Below are positions 45,225 through 55,520 of a stretch of DNA of 64,000 bases, one piece after another (within the stretch, counting starts at the first letter, position 1; every line of letters starts with the position of its first letter). Position numbers and translations under genes: made by a program. Origin of the DNA: Deltaproteobacteria bacterium (lineage in GTDB: Bacteria > Desulfobacterota > Dissulfuribacteria > Dissulfuribacterales > JALVPX01); assembly GCA_027023445.1 (NCBI GenBank), contig JALVVK010000001.1:10964-74963 (forward strand). Direction: 5' to 3'. Under the pieces are notes generated by a model, which did no database searches, was not told the origin of the DNA, and saw only the letters and a program-made list of their open reading frames with translations.

Positions 45225-47111
45225 GTGTTAGATTTTATAAGGCAAAATGTCGGGTCCTGGATGGTCAAATTCATTCTGGGCGCAATTGTACTGGTTTTCG
45301 TCTTCTGGGGAATAGGCAGTTTCCGATCCAGCCGCATGGATGTAGCGGCCAAGGTAAATGGAGAAAAGATCCTGTTCGAAAAATACAGGGAGGCCTATTC
45401 TCGCGCGTTGGAAAATTACCAGAGAATGTTTGGAGGCACCCTGCCTGCATTCATAAAAAAAGACGCAATCAAGAAGCAGGTGCTGAATGATCTGGTCAAC
45501 AGTGCCCTTATCAAGCAGGCTGCTGCCAGGATGGGTGTTATGGTCAGTAACGAAGAAATCCGTCAGACAATAAGCCAGATCCGCGCTTTCCAGTCAAACG
45601 GAAGTTTCAGCCAGGACCTGTACGAGCGGCTGCTCAGGCAGAACGGGCTCACCCCGGCAAAATTCGAGAACTCTGTGAGGGAGGAGCTGCTCCTTAAAAA
45701 GATAAAGTCGCTTCTGGCGGCAGGCCTGGACGTGCCGGACAGCGAGATCCTGAATCGGTACAAATATGAAAACCAGCAGATAAACCTGCAATACATAACA
45801 ATGGATCCGGACGACTGCAAAAGGGACGTGAAGTATACTGAAAAGGATCTTAAAAGCTGGTACGAGGCGCACAGGGATTCCTACAGGACAGAGCCACTCA
45901 GAAAAATCCGGTATCTCATATTTAAAAAGGCCGATGAGATGAAAAATGTCTCTGTGCCGGCTGATAAAATATCTGCCTATTACAGGGAGCACATAAAGGA
46001 ATTCACCGTAAAAGAACAGAGAGCTGCCCGACACATACTTCTCAGGGTGCCGCCGGAGGCGACGGAACAACAGGTCAGGGCGGTAAAGGCAAGGGCGGAC
46101 CGGCTATATAAACGCCTGCGCAAAGGGGAAAGCTTTATCAAGCTGGCAAAAAAGTATTCAGAGGACCCTGAGACCGCCAAGAATGGCGGATACCTTGGTT
46201 TTTTCAGCAAGGGAACCATGATAAGGCCCTTTGACGAAAAGGTTTTCTCCATGAAAGAGGGTGAAATAAGCCATCCGATCAGGACAAAATTCGGCTGGCA
46301 CATAATAAAACTTGTTAAAATCAAACCGGGAAGAACCAAATCCCTGAAAGAGGTCAGATCACTCATAGAGGCTAAGCTAAGGTCCCAGGAGGCGGGGAAA
46401 CTCATGTGGAAAAAGGCCAACAAGGCCTACGATGAAATAATCGGGTTGGGTGGACTGGAGGCATACGCGAAGAAGCATGGTATCAGGCTGGCCACAACCG
46501 GATTCTTTTCCCGCAGCAATCCGCCAAAGATCCTTGGTTCTTCCCCGGATGTAGTAAACACTATTTTTTCTTTGGGTCAGGGGGAACTTAGTTCTCTCCT
46601 TGAAGTTCCCCAGGGCGTGCTTATAGCGCAGATCCTAAAGGTGAAACCCTCGCGTGTGCCGGAATTTAAGGAGATTGAGGCCAGGGTCAGGAAAGATTAC
46701 GTAAAGGAGAAGGCACGGGAACTTTGTGCTTTAAAGGCCAGAAAAATCCTGAAAGAGATCCGCAAAAAGGGAATCCTCGCGGTTGCCAAAGCCAGGAAGT
46801 TGAAGGTCAGGGAAACGGGCTTTTTCAGGCGCAGCGACAAGACCGCGGGAGGCAGGCTCCCCGCCCAGGTAGCCGAAGTCGCGGTGTCTCTTTACAAAAA
46901 CAATCCATGCCCGGAAAATGTAATAAAGGCCGGGGGCAAACTGTTTATCCCGGTGTTCAAGCAGGCCAAGGCAGCGGAACTGAAAGACTTTAAAAAGGAA
47001 AAAGACATGCTTAAAAAACGCCTCCTTGCCAGGAAACAACAGACCGTGTTCCAGGATTGGCTGAATCATCTGAGGGCCAAGGCGACCATAGAAATAAACA
47101 AAAATATATAG
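45225..47111 (+). CDS. ppiD: periplasmic chaperone PpiD-like peptidyl-prolyl isomerase
   Basis: 628 aa; GTG start, N-terminal membrane anchor (WMVKFILGAIVLVFVFWG), SurA_N-like region and a parvulin domain (ARHILLRV...GGYLGFFSKGTMIRPFDEKVFSMKEGEIS.PIRTKFGWHIIK). Confidence 0.8.
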   Translation: MLDFIRQNVGSWMVKFILGAIVLVFVFWGIGSFRSSRMDVAAKVNGEKILFEKYREAYSRALENYQRMFGGTLPAFIKKDAIKKQVLNDLVNSALIKQAAARMGVMVSNEEIRQTISQIRAFQSNGSFSQDLYERLLRQNGLTPAKFENSVREELLLKKIKSLLAAGLDVPDSEILNRYKYENQQINLQYITMDPDDCKRDVKYTEKDLKSWYEAHRDSYRTEPLRKIRYLIFKKADEMKNVSVPADKISAYYREHIKEFTVKEQRAARHILLRVPPEATEQQVRAVKARADRLYKRLRKGESFIKLAKKYSEDPETAKNGGYLGFFSKGTMIRPFDEKVFSMKEGEISHPIRTKFGWHIIKLVKIKPGRTKSLKEVRSLIEAKLRSQEAGKLMWKKANKAYDEIIGLGGLEAYAKKHGIRLATTGFFSRSNPPKILGSSPDVVNTIFSLGQGELSSLLEVPQGVLIAQILKVKPSRVPEFKEIEARVRKDYVKEKARELCALKARKILKEIRKKGILAVAKARKLKVRETGFFRRSDKTAGGRLPAQVAEVAVSLYKNNPCPENVIKAGGKLFIPVFKQAKAAELKDFKKEKDMLKKRLLARKQQTVFQDWLNHLRAKATIEINKNI

Positions 47112-47118
47112 TTTTGAT

Positions 47119-48966
47119 ATGAAGGCACCCTTTCTTGAGGCATTAAACCAGCGTGTAATCCTGGGCGACGGCGCCCTTGGTACCCTTTTTTATGACGAGG
47201 GGATCGAACTGGGCCAGAATGTTGAGGTCCTGAATCTTTCAGATCCTGACCTGGTTTTTTCAGTTCACCAGGAATATGTACGGGCAGGTTCTGACCTTAT
47301 CGAGACAAATACCTTTGGCGCCAACCGCTTCAAACTCAAGGGCCAGGGTGACGTGGCAGGGGTGAACCGGGCAGGGGTTGAGATCGCCCGTCGCGCGGCA
47401 GGTCAGGATATCTATGTGGCAGGGTCTGTGGGGCCTTCCGGCCAACGCCCCAAGAAAGAAGGAAAAGCCAGGGAAATCACGGATGCTGAGGTTGCAGACG
47501 CCTTCAGGGAACAGATAGGCGTGCTTGTAGAGGCAGAAGTTGATCTTATAATTGCCGAAACCTTCACCCACCTGGATGAGTTGATTCTGGCCATAAAGGC
47601 AGCAAAGGAAATCGCCCCGGATCTTCCGGTGGTAGCGCAGATGGTTTTTCCGTCCAGAGGACGCACTGCCACGGGCGTTGACGCCCTTGCCTGCGCGGAG
47701 GCTGCCATAGATGCCGGGGCATCTGTTTTCGGGTCCAATTGCGGCAGGGGAGTTAAGGCCATGCTTGCCGCCATGGAGCGGTTGTCCCTGCTGAAAGACA
47801 GGATCCTGCTTTCGGCTTTTCCCAACGCGGGCCTTCCCGAGGTGGTTGAACACCGCACCATATATTCCGCCAACCCCTCATACATGGCAAGGGGCCTTGT
47901 GGAAATGATCAAGTTCGGCGCAAGGTTGGTGGGGGGATGCTGCGGCACTACACCGGAACATATCCACGAATTCAAGCGTGTGCTGCACCTGAAAAGATCA
48001 TCCATACATATGGATACGGGAAAGGAATCCCAAAAGTCAGGGGCAGACAAGCCGGACAGCACCTGCCAGTCCAGGGGAGGCATGCTGGAAGGCCTTGAAC
48101 CCGGCCGCCTGCCCATCCTGGTCGAACTGGACCCTCCTCCTCATCTTGAGGTAGAGGGAGTTCTGAAAGGGGCCAAGTCCCTTGCCGCTGCCGGGGTGGA
48201 CGCAATTACCCTGGCTGAAAATCCTCTTGCCGTTCTGAGGTCCGATAACCTGTCCCTGGCGCACCTCATCCGGGAAAAAATCGGCGTTCATACCGTTTTG
48301 CACCTGACTTGTAGAGACCGCAATGTCCTTGGGCTTCAGGCGCAGATCATGGCCGCGCATATACTGGGCATACGTGCCATACTGGCCGTGACGGGAGATC
48401 CGGCCAATGCCAGCGATCAGCCAGGCGTAAGCGGGGTATTCGATATGGATTCCATAGGCCTTGTCCGCATGATTAACCTTTATAACCAGGGAATGAACCT
48501 GGCGGGCAGGGATATGAGGCAGAAAACCAATTTTTCCATAGGTGTCGCGTTCTGTTTCAGGCCGTCCAACCCGGAACTTCAGATAAGGAGGCTGGAAAAG
48601 AAGGCCGCCACGGGCGCCCATTTTGTCATGACCCAGCCACTTTTTTCTCCGGGCCAGGTAGAGGCCATGCTGGAGCACACAGCATCCTTGGATCTGAAGA
48701 TATTCCCAGGGATATTTCCATTGATTTCCGCGAGAAATGCGGAATTTCTTCACAACGAGGTGCCTGGTATTTCTGTACCCTCTGAAATCCGGAAAAGGCT
48801 CTGGATATATGAAAAGGCTGAAGACCAGAGAAAGGCCGCCATGGAGATAACACGAAAACTTGTCGTGGAAATTTCAGGCTATGTTGACGGCTTATACATT
48901 ATAAGCCCTTTGAATAAATGGGAAATTTCGAAAAAACTCGTGGAGCAGGTACGAGGGGAAAGCTGA
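47119..48966 (+). CDS. metF: bifunctional homocysteine S-methyltransferase-domain / methylenetetrahydrofolate reductase protein
   Basis: N-terminal Hcy-binding domain (ILGDGALGT...AGSDLIETNTF...GGCCGTTPEHI), then an MTHFR TIM barrel (ILVELDPP...VDAITLAENP...HLTCRDRN...ILAVTGDP). Confidence 0.8.
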   Translation: MKAPFLEALNQRVILGDGALGTLFYDEGIELGQNVEVLNLSDPDLVFSVHQEYVRAGSDLIETNTFGANRFKLKGQGDVAGVNRAGVEIARRAAGQDIYVAGSVGPSGQRPKKEGKAREITDAEVADAFREQIGVLVEAEVDLIIAETFTHLDELILAIKAAKEIAPDLPVVAQMVFPSRGRTATGVDALACAEAAIDAGASVFGSNCGRGVKAMLAAMERLSLLKDRILLSAFPNAGLPEVVEHRTIYSANPSYMARGLVEMIKFGARLVGGCCGTTPEHIHEFKRVLHLKRSSIHMDTGKESQKSGADKPDSTCQSRGGMLEGLEPGRLPILVELDPPPHLEVEGVLKGAKSLAAAGVDAITLAENPLAVLRSDNLSLAHLIREKIGVHTVLHLTCRDRNVLGLQAQIMAAHILGIRAILAVTGDPANASDQPGVSGVFDMDSIGLVRMINLYNQGMNLAGRDMRQKTNFSIGVAFCFRPSNPELQIRRLEKKAATGAHFVMTQPLFSPGQVEAMLEHTASLDLKIFPGIFPLISARNAEFLHNEVPGISVPSEIRKRLWIYEKAEDQRKAAMEITRKLVVEISGYVDGLYIISPLNKWEISKKLVEQVRGES

Positions 48967-49069
48967 ATATCCCTTAGTTTATCCCGGATAATGGACTTCA
49001 AATGCCGAATAAATAGAATTATGCTTACAGCATAATGATTGTATGGATTGTGTTCCATTGGAAAAGAGA

Positions 49070-49099
49070 AGGGCGCTGTGCTGAAATGCGCAGCGCCCT
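49070..49099 (+). terminator. hairpin downstream of the metF fusion (possible terminator)
   Basis: agggcgctgtgc-tgaaat-gcgcagcgccct; a strong stem but only a weak T tract (gtaatt). Confidence 0.4.
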
Positions 49100-49103
49100 G
49101 TAA

Positions 49104-49137
49104 TTAAAAGGGGAACCCTGCCGTTACAAAGGCAGGG
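49104..49137 (-). terminator. rho-independent terminator of the por operon
   Basis: The minus strand has ccctgcc-tttgtaac-ggcaggg followed by ttccccttttaatt, immediately after the porB stop. Confidence 0.6.
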
Positions 49138-49145
49138 GAACCGTG

Positions 49146-50084
49146 TCAGGCCATTTCGGATAATTTCACCAGTTTGTCGTATTCCGCATCCACACGTCTT
49201 TGTATGTACTCAATATGATCCTCAGTCAGATGGCGGAAGCGTCTTTGTCCCTTGAAATATTCTTCCACGGGTTTTGGTTTGGAGATCTTCCTGCTCATGA
49301 AATATCTGCCTTCAATAACTTCGTAGAGAGGAAATACCTTGGTTTCAACCGCCAGCTTGGCTATTTCAATAGACCGTTCACCAGCCGAGCCCCATCCCGT
49401 TGGACACGGTGAAAAGATATGGACATAGGCAGGTCCCTTGACCAGGGCGGCCTTTTTGACCTTATTCATGAGGTCCAGGAAATAGGCGGGAGATGCCGTT
49501 GCCACATAGGGAATATTGTGAGCGACCGCGATGGCCGGCACATTTTTCTTCCATGTGACCTGTCCAAAGCTTTTCTTCCCGGGAGGGCTGGTGGTGGTCA
49601 TGGCACCGTAGGGCGTGCATCCTGACCTCTGGACGCCTGTGTTCATGTAGGCTTCGTTATCCAGACAGACATAAACAAAGTCGTGGCCACGCTCAAACGC
49701 GCCGGAGATCCATTGCAGACCGATATCTCCTGTGGCTCCGTCGCCGCCAACGGCCAGTATGTCAACGTGCTTCTTGGGAATTTTGCCCTTGCGCTTCAGG
49801 ACCTTCATGGCGGATTCCACGCCTGATGCAACGGAAGCAGCGTTTTCAAAGGCGACGTGTATCCACGGCACTGTCCATGAGGTATATGGGTATGGAGAAC
49901 TGATTATCTCCATGCAGCCCGTTGCGTTGCATACTATGACGTTCTTACCCAGGGCCTTCATGACCATCCTCAGGGCCAGGACCTCGCCGCATCCCTGACA
50001 TGCCCTGTGGCCGGGGGCCAAGGGCTCCTCTTTTGGTAAATTTTTAGCACTAAAACCTTTAAATTTTTCGAATTCAGGTATCAT
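49146..50084 (-). CDS. porB: 2-oxoacid:ferredoxin oxidoreductase beta subunit (TPP-binding)
   Basis: 312 aa; CQGCGE..., GGDGATGDIG TPP motif, and a POR/VOR beta pattern. Confidence 0.85.
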   Translation of the reverse strand: MIPEFEKFKGFSAKNLPKEEPLAPGHRACQGCGEVLALRMVMKALGKNVIVCNATGCMEIISSPYPYTSWTVPWIHVAFENAASVASGVESAMKVLKRKGKIPKKHVDILAVGGDGATGDIGLQWISGAFERGHDFVYVCLDNEAYMNTGVQRSGCTPYGAMTTTSPPGKKSFGQVTWKKNVPAIAVAHNIPYVATASPAYFLDLMNKVKKAALVKGPAYVHIFSPCPTGWGSAGERSIEIAKLAVETKVFPLYEVIEGRYFMSRKISKPKPVEEYFKGQRRFRHLTEDHIEYIQRRVDAEYDKLVKLSEMA

Positions 50085-51259
50085 TTTTCCCGCACCCCGA
50101 TTACTTCGTAGAGTTCCTTCGGACGTTTTTTGGCATAGGCTGCTGCCTTATCTGCCATTTCCTCAAAGCGTTCAACCGTTACATCCCGGCCGCCAAGGCC
50201 AGCAATGAAGTTAAAGACCTTGGGAGCCCCAGGCACCTTGTAGAACAAGGATCTGATTTCTTCTCCCACGGGGCCGCAGACAGCTCCGGGTGGCAGGCAA
50301 CGGTCTATTACTCCCAGAACCTTTGCGGATTTGGCAATCCGGCGGAATTCAAGGGACGGGAAGGGCCTCCATAACCTGAGTTTTAAAAGACCGACCTTTT
50401 TCCCCTCATCCCGCATCTTGTCAACCGCGGTCATGGCAGTCTCGGAAATACTGCCCATGGTTACAAGCATGATTTCGGCGTCTTCTGTGCGATATTCTTC
50501 AACCGGATTGTACTGACGGCCGAATATGTCGGCAAATTCCTGCCATGCCTTCAGGATGATCTTGCGCGACGCCTTCAGTGCCTGGTCATGCGCTACCTTG
50601 GCCTCTGTATAGACCTCCGGGATACCCACAGGACCCATGGTTATGGGCTTTCTCGGGTCCAGCCTGCGTCTGGGTTTGAAGGGAGGGAGATACTTGTCCA
50701 CTTCTTCCTGATCAGGCAGCTCAATGGGCTCTATCATGTGACTCAGGGTAAATCCATCAATGTTAACGATCATTGGCAGGGAGACACGCCGGTCTTCAGC
50801 CACCCTGAAGGCATGAAGGGTAAGGTCAACAGCCTCCTGGCCGTTTTCGGCAAAGGTCTGAATCCATCCGATATCCCTCTGGACCATAACGTCCTGATGA
50901 TCGTTCCAGATGCTGATAGGGGCTGAAAGCGCCCTGTTGGCAAGCACCATGACTATGGGAAGCCTCATGGTGCTTGGTATATAAAGAATCTCACTCATCA
51001 GGGAAAGACCCTGGGAGCTTGACGAGGTAAAGGTCCTGGCGCCGGCTGCCGCGGAACCACAGCAGCAGCTCATTGCCGCGTGCTCGGATTCCACTGGTAT
51101 GAACTCGGCGTCCAGATCTCCATTTGCTATGATTTCTGAGAGATGTTCCACGATATGTGTCTGAGGCGTAATGGGATATGCCGGGATTACCTCGGCCCTG
51201 GCAAGCTTGACCGCCTCGGAGACAGCTATTGAAACCTCAATTCCTACGCGTTTGGCCAT
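50081..51259 (-). CDS. porA: 2-oxoacid:ferredoxin oxidoreductase alpha subunit
   Basis: MAKRVGIEVSIAVSEAVKLARAEVIPAYPITPQTHIVE is a typical N-terminus. I prefer the start at Met22 of the track ORF, 2 nt after the porD stop. Confidence 0.85.
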   Translation of the reverse strand: MAKRVGIEVSIAVSEAVKLARAEVIPAYPITPQTHIVEHLSEIIANGDLDAEFIPVESEHAAMSCCCGSAAAGARTFTSSSSQGLSLMSEILYIPSTMRLPIVMVLANRALSAPISIWNDHQDVMVQRDIGWIQTFAENGQEAVDLTLHAFRVAEDRRVSLPMIVNIDGFTLSHMIEPIELPDQEEVDKYLPPFKPRRRLDPRKPITMGPVGIPEVYTEAKVAHDQALKASRKIILKAWQEFADIFGRQYNPVEEYRTEDAEIMLVTMGSISETAMTAVDKMRDEGKKVGLLKLRLWRPFPSLEFRRIAKSAKVLGVIDRCLPPGAVCGPVGEEIRSLFYKVPGAPKVFNFIAGLGGRDVTVERFEEMADKAAAYAKKRPKELYEVIGVREK

Positions 51260-51261
51260 GA

Positions 51262-51552
51262 TTACTCCTCCGGGACCATTGTTATGGCATCCTTGGGGCA
51301 TTCGTGGGCGCAGATGCCACAACCCTTACAGTATTCCATGTTCGCCTCGAAATACCCCTCTTCTGTCTGGACATAGGCCATGTCAGGGCAGTACACCCAG
51401 CACATGCCGCACTTGATACATTTGTCTTTATCCAAAACCGGCCTCTGGGAGCGCCAGTCTCCGGTCCTGAATTTGACCGAATTTCCGGGTTCCAGAATGT
51501 CGCAACCGAATGTTATGGTTTTCCAGCCGACAATGGCATCTACATTAGCCAT
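51262..51552 (-). CDS. porD: 2-oxoacid:ferredoxin oxidoreductase delta subunit (2x[4Fe-4S] ferredoxin)
   Basis: 96 aa with CIKCGMCWVYCP and CKGCGICAHECP motifs. Confidence 0.85.
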   Translation of the reverse strand: MANVDAIVGWKTITFGCDILEPGNSVKFRTGDWRSQRPVLDKDKCIKCGMCWVYCPDMAYVQTEEGYFEANMEYCKGCGICAHECPKDAITMVPEE

Positions 51553-51582
51553 ATTTAGAACTCCTCTGTGTGATTTGATAAC

Positions 51583-52131
51583 CTATCCAGTGATCTGAGT
51601 CTCTGCAAAGGCCCTTTTCAGCGCGGCCTTGTTTTTGGCTGAAAGACGTCCGAATCTCCGATCCAGCGCGTCTTCCAGTGCCTCCATGCCCACGATGCCT
51701 GTTGCCTTGACGAGGGCGCCCAGCATGGTGGTATTTGTGATGGGCAGACCCAGCACCTCGCGCGCTATCACGTTGGCATCCACAAGGGCCAGTCTGCAAT
51801 CCAGATTGAATGTTTTCCTGACAGTGGATTCGTCCATGTGGGTATTTAAAATCACTATGCCGCCGTCCTTAAGGCCCTCGGAGACCTTTACAAGGGCTGG
51901 CAGCGAAGGATCAAGGACCACAACGATGTCAGGATGATACACCTTTTCCCTGGTACGGATACGCGAATCGCTCACCCTTACGAAAGCCATTACCGGCGCG
52001 CCTCTTCTTTCCGGGCCAAAGCTGGGAAATGCCTGGGCATACTTTTTTTCGTCTATGACCGCCGTTGCAACGAGTTCCGCAGAGGTTACACCTCCCTGGC
52101 CGCCTCGGCCATGAATTCTGATTTCTTTCAT
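51583..52131 (-). CDS. porG: 2-oxoacid:ferredoxin oxidoreductase gamma subunit
   Basis: 182 aa; IRIHGRGGQGGVTSAELVA...SFGPERRGAP motif. Confidence 0.85.
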   Translation of the reverse strand: MKEIRIHGRGGQGGVTSAELVATAVIDEKKYAQAFPSFGPERRGAPVMAFVRVSDSRIRTREKVYHPDIVVVLDPSLPALVKVSEGLKDGGIVILNTHMDESTVRKTFNLDCRLALVDANVIAREVLGLPITNTTMLGALVKATGIVGMEALEDALDRRFGRLSAKNKAALKRAFAETQITG

Positions 52132-52200
52132 TTGGCTGTGGTCTCCTCTTGTATTTTTACAGCTGCTATGTGTTGTGTTAACATTGATGAAATCTTCTTG

Positions 52201-54117
52201 TCAAGGCTTGTATATAGTTCTTTTCGGCACAAACTGTCCTGTTTTTCCGCGGTTATACAGTTCCTCAAGGAGCCTTGCCGTTGTCCTGTCCATTGATCCC
52301 GACTCCATTGCCTTGGCGGCCAGGTGTCTGCCTGTCTCCTCATCCCCTTCTTCCTGCCAGTAACCATGGGCCAGCAGAGCAAGAGCCTTATGATCAGAGG
52401 GATTAAGGCGAAGCGCCCTTTCAAGATATGCCTTTGCCCTGGGCCAGTCTCCCGTCTGGCGGAATGCGCGGGCAAGGATTCTCAGGGGAGCGCCAATGCC
52501 GGCCTCCCCGGTATCTGCAAGCAGGGGGACAAGAAGGTTTATAACCTCCTGCGGACGTCCGGACCTGAAAAGAAACTGGGACAGGCGCGTGGCTATGGTC
52601 AGATTGCCCGGACACAGATCCATTGCCCTCTGGAGCGCGTCCAGCGCCTCGGAATTCCTGCCGGACTCCTCGTATACACCGGCAAGATTGTAAAGGGCCA
52701 TGTAGTGGTCCGCCTTAAGCTCCACGGCCTTTATAAAGGCCTGCTCGGCCTCTTTCTTCCTGCCTGTCTGACCGAGACACACTCCCAGGCTGTTCCAGAG
52801 GTTGGCGTCTTTCCGGTCTATCCTGAGCCCCTTTCGATAGGCGTCCATGGCCCCGGCAATATCTCCCCATGCCATGTACTCGTCTCCGGTAACGTTCCAG
52901 CTCAGGGCGTCAAAGGCAACATGGGAGCCCTGGCCGAGAAGGCTTGCGTGGATGTAGGCCCACAGGCTGGCCCTTACTGATTTCGTTCCCCTGGTCGTGG
53001 GTTCGGCAGAAGAAGCCGCTCCCATGGTCAACAGGGCGTCTCCCTCCGCGGGGAACATTGAACATACCGTCTGGATGGCTTCATCCGGCCGCCCTGTTCC
53101 CTCCAGAACGAAAAAGGCGGAGTCTTTTCCCGCCTGAAAGATATGTACGGTCTGAAGGCCGTTGCCAGTATCGTGACTGGCAGGATGCACCGGTCTGGCA
53201 AACACTACGCTCTTGCGCACTGATCCATGTCTCCGTACCGCCTGGCTGACCTGCTCCAGGATTTCACACAGGCAGTCGATCCCCAGGCGTTTCTCAAATT
53301 TCTGGAGCTCCGGCGTGCCCATGACGTTGATTCCAAGGTCTGCCGCCGCCTTTTCCAGGCACCTGATGCGGTTTAAAGCCTGTTGTGAGCCGGTACCCCG
53401 GGGCAGTACGTGCATATACGCCCTGAGGAGCCCTGTTTTTTTCTTCCTTGCCAGGCGGGCTATCCTCTTTAATCCCTCGAAGGCATGATCGCCATTGCCT
53501 GGGGATATCCCGATCCATAGTTCGGACGCACCCATACCCATAAGATGCGGGACGCGGCCAGGAAACGCCTTTGCGCAAATTTCAAGAACCACGGGCAGAA
53601 CGTGATCCAGGGAATGGGATCGTCTGAATAAAAGGTGCAGCAGGGCCGCAGGCTCCATGGTATCTGACAGGCGATCAAGCCACTGCAAAAGGTAGCGTGG
53701 GTGCCTGCCCGCTTCCGGGGCTATCGTCTGGTTTTTAAGAAGTAAAAGGCCCTGATCGGCCACGGCCTTGAGAAGGGGCAGCACGCGCTGTGATTCCTCC
53801 GGCCCCACCACCCTGCTTATCCCGGACAGGACAAGTGTGCCCGGAGAAGCTGAGCTGGCACCGTCAAGGGGAATCAGCACCTGGCTGGAAACCCTGTCCC
53901 AGAAAGGCCTGCCGTTACTGAGCGCCTCCCGGGCCCTTGGTCTCTGACGCTCCGAGAGCCTTACCGGGGGAAGTCCGTCTTCATGCGCATGCGCGGGGAA
54001 GATCGCGCCCGAGGAAAACGAGAAGACTTCCTGCAGTTTCTGTATCAAAAGAGGGCCAAGGATCTCCAGGTCCCTTGCAAGGAGAGATTTTTGCGGGTTT
54101 AAAATCCTGCCGCTCAT
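52201..54117 (-). CDS. TPR-repeat protein with an uncharacterised N-terminal ~400-aa region
   Basis: 638 aa; the C-terminal ~230 aa hold six or seven TPR units (AMDAYRKGLRIDRKDANLWNSLGVCLGQTGRKKEAEQAFIKAVELKADHYMALYNLAGVY...). The start overlaps the selA stop (ATGA). Confidence 0.65.
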   Translation of the reverse strand: MSGRILNPQKSLLARDLEILGPLLIQKLQEVFSFSSGAIFPAHAHEDGLPPVRLSERQRPRAREALSNGRPFWDRVSSQVLIPLDGASSASPGTLVLSGISRVVGPEESQRVLPLLKAVADQGLLLLKNQTIAPEAGRHPRYLLQWLDRLSDTMEPAALLHLLFRRSHSLDHVLPVVLEICAKAFPGRVPHLMGMGASELWIGISPGNGDHAFEGLKRIARLARKKKTGLLRAYMHVLPRGTGSQQALNRIRCLEKAAADLGINVMGTPELQKFEKRLGIDCLCEILEQVSQAVRRHGSVRKSVVFARPVHPASHDTGNGLQTVHIFQAGKDSAFFVLEGTGRPDEAIQTVCSMFPAEGDALLTMGAASSAEPTTRGTKSVRASLWAYIHASLLGQGSHVAFDALSWNVTGDEYMAWGDIAGAMDAYRKGLRIDRKDANLWNSLGVCLGQTGRKKEAEQAFIKAVELKADHYMALYNLAGVYEESGRNSEALDALQRAMDLCPGNLTIATRLSQFLFRSGRPQEVINLLVPLLADTGEAGIGAPLRILARAFRQTGDWPRAKAYLERALRLNPSDHKALALLAHGYWQEEGDEETGRHLAAKAMESGSMDRTTARLLEELYNRGKTGQFVPKRTIYKP

Positions 54118-55520
54118 GGCCAGATCCTGGAAAAAGCGCTGGTTATGATATCTTTTTCCTCTTCCCTTACCGTTCTCATGTCCATAAGAATGGCATTATC
54201 CTCCATCCTTGTTATCACCGGGGGGTCATGTGCCCTGAGCCCGGCCTCGATCTTCGAGATGGATATTTTTTTGGGGTCAGTGACCCGGACGCGCACAGCC
54301 CTGGATCTCAGCTCCTGAAGGGGCAAGGCTCCGCCTCCCACCCTTGAGACGGTATCCGCGGTGTCGATGGAGGCCCCGTTAAGCCCGAGTCCGTCCAGCA
54401 GTTGCCTCAGGGACTCGGCCCTTTCTTTCAGTGCGGCATAGGGCATTGTGAGCATTTTGAGCACGGGAAGCTGCTTGACCGCATTTTCAGGCTCCCTGTA
54501 AAACCTGAGCACCTGCTCCAGGGCGGCCAGTGTCAACTTGTCTATGCGGACCGCGCGGTTCAGCGGATTGGTCTTGATTTTATCGATATATTTCCTTTTT
54601 CCCAGGATTATCCCCGCCTGGGGGCCTCCGAGAAGCTTATCTCCGCTGAAGCTTACGATATCCGCGCCGGCTTCAAGCGCCTCCTGCACCGTAGGCTCGT
54701 GAAGCATGCCGAACCTGGTAAAGTCCACAAAATTTCCGCTGCCAAGATCTTCAAAGACCGGTATGCCGTGTTTTGCCCCGAGTTTTGCCAGCTCTCTGAC
54801 GGAAACAGATCTGGTGAACCCCACGATCTGGAAATTGCTCTGGTGTACCTTCATCAGGAGAGCGGTCTGATCCCCGATTGCCCCGGCATAGTCCCTGAGA
54901 TGGGTGCGGTTGGTGGCCCCAACCTCCCGAAGCAGGGCGCCGCTTCTGGCCATCACGTCCGGAATCCGGAAAGATCCACCGATTTCAACCAGCTCTCCAC
55001 GGGAGACGACGACCTCCCTGTCCCTGGCGAGGGTCTCAAGGGTGATCAGTACGGCGGCCGCGTTGTTGTTGACCACAAGTGCCGCCTCGGCGCCCGTGAG
55101 TTCACGGAGCAGGTCTTCCACATGGCTGTACCTGCTTCCCCTTTCGCCTTTTTCGAGGTTATATTCCAGATTACAGTATCCCTTTGCCACCCGCGCGATA
55201 ACATCCAGCACAGGTTCTGGGAGGGGCGAGCGGCCCAGATTCGTATGGACCACGACCCCCGTGGCATTGATAACCGGCTTGAGTGAAGGGGAAAGAAGCC
55301 CGGCTGCCCGGCTGCTGAGTTCGGCCTCGATATTTTCCCGGCTCAGCAGGTCATGGCAGGGTTCATCGGATGAGAGTATCCTTTTACGCAGGGCGTCCAC
55401 TGTGAGCCGGGCTGCCCGCAGCCTGACCGACCAGGGCATGTCCGCGGGCAGGGCCTCTGCAAGCAGATCAATCTTGGGCAGATTTTTCAGTAATTTCCGC
55501 TGGATATCGGAGTAGGTCAT
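54114..55520 (-). CDS. selA: L-seryl-tRNA(Sec) selenium transferase
   Basis: 468 aa; VINATGVVVHTNLGRS, FSGDKLLGGPQAG (PLP lysine), and a SelA-length and N-terminal tRNA-binding region. Confidence 0.9.
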   Translation of the reverse strand: MTYSDIQRKLLKNLPKIDLLAEALPADMPWSVRLRAARLTVDALRKRILSSDEPCHDLLSRENIEAELSSRAAGLLSPSLKPVINATGVVVHTNLGRSPLPEPVLDVIARVAKGYCNLEYNLEKGERGSRYSHVEDLLRELTGAEAALVVNNNAAAVLITLETLARDREVVVSRGELVEIGGSFRIPDVMARSGALLREVGATNRTHLRDYAGAIGDQTALLMKVHQSNFQIVGFTRSVSVRELAKLGAKHGIPVFEDLGSGNFVDFTRFGMLHEPTVQEALEAGADIVSFSGDKLLGGPQAGIILGKRKYIDKIKTNPLNRAVRIDKLTLAALEQVLRFYREPENAVKQLPVLKMLTMPYAALKERAESLRQLLDGLGLNGASIDTADTVSRVGGGALPLQELRSRAVRVRVTDPKKISISKIEAGLRAHDPPVITRMEDNAILMDMRTVREEEKDIITSAFSRIWP

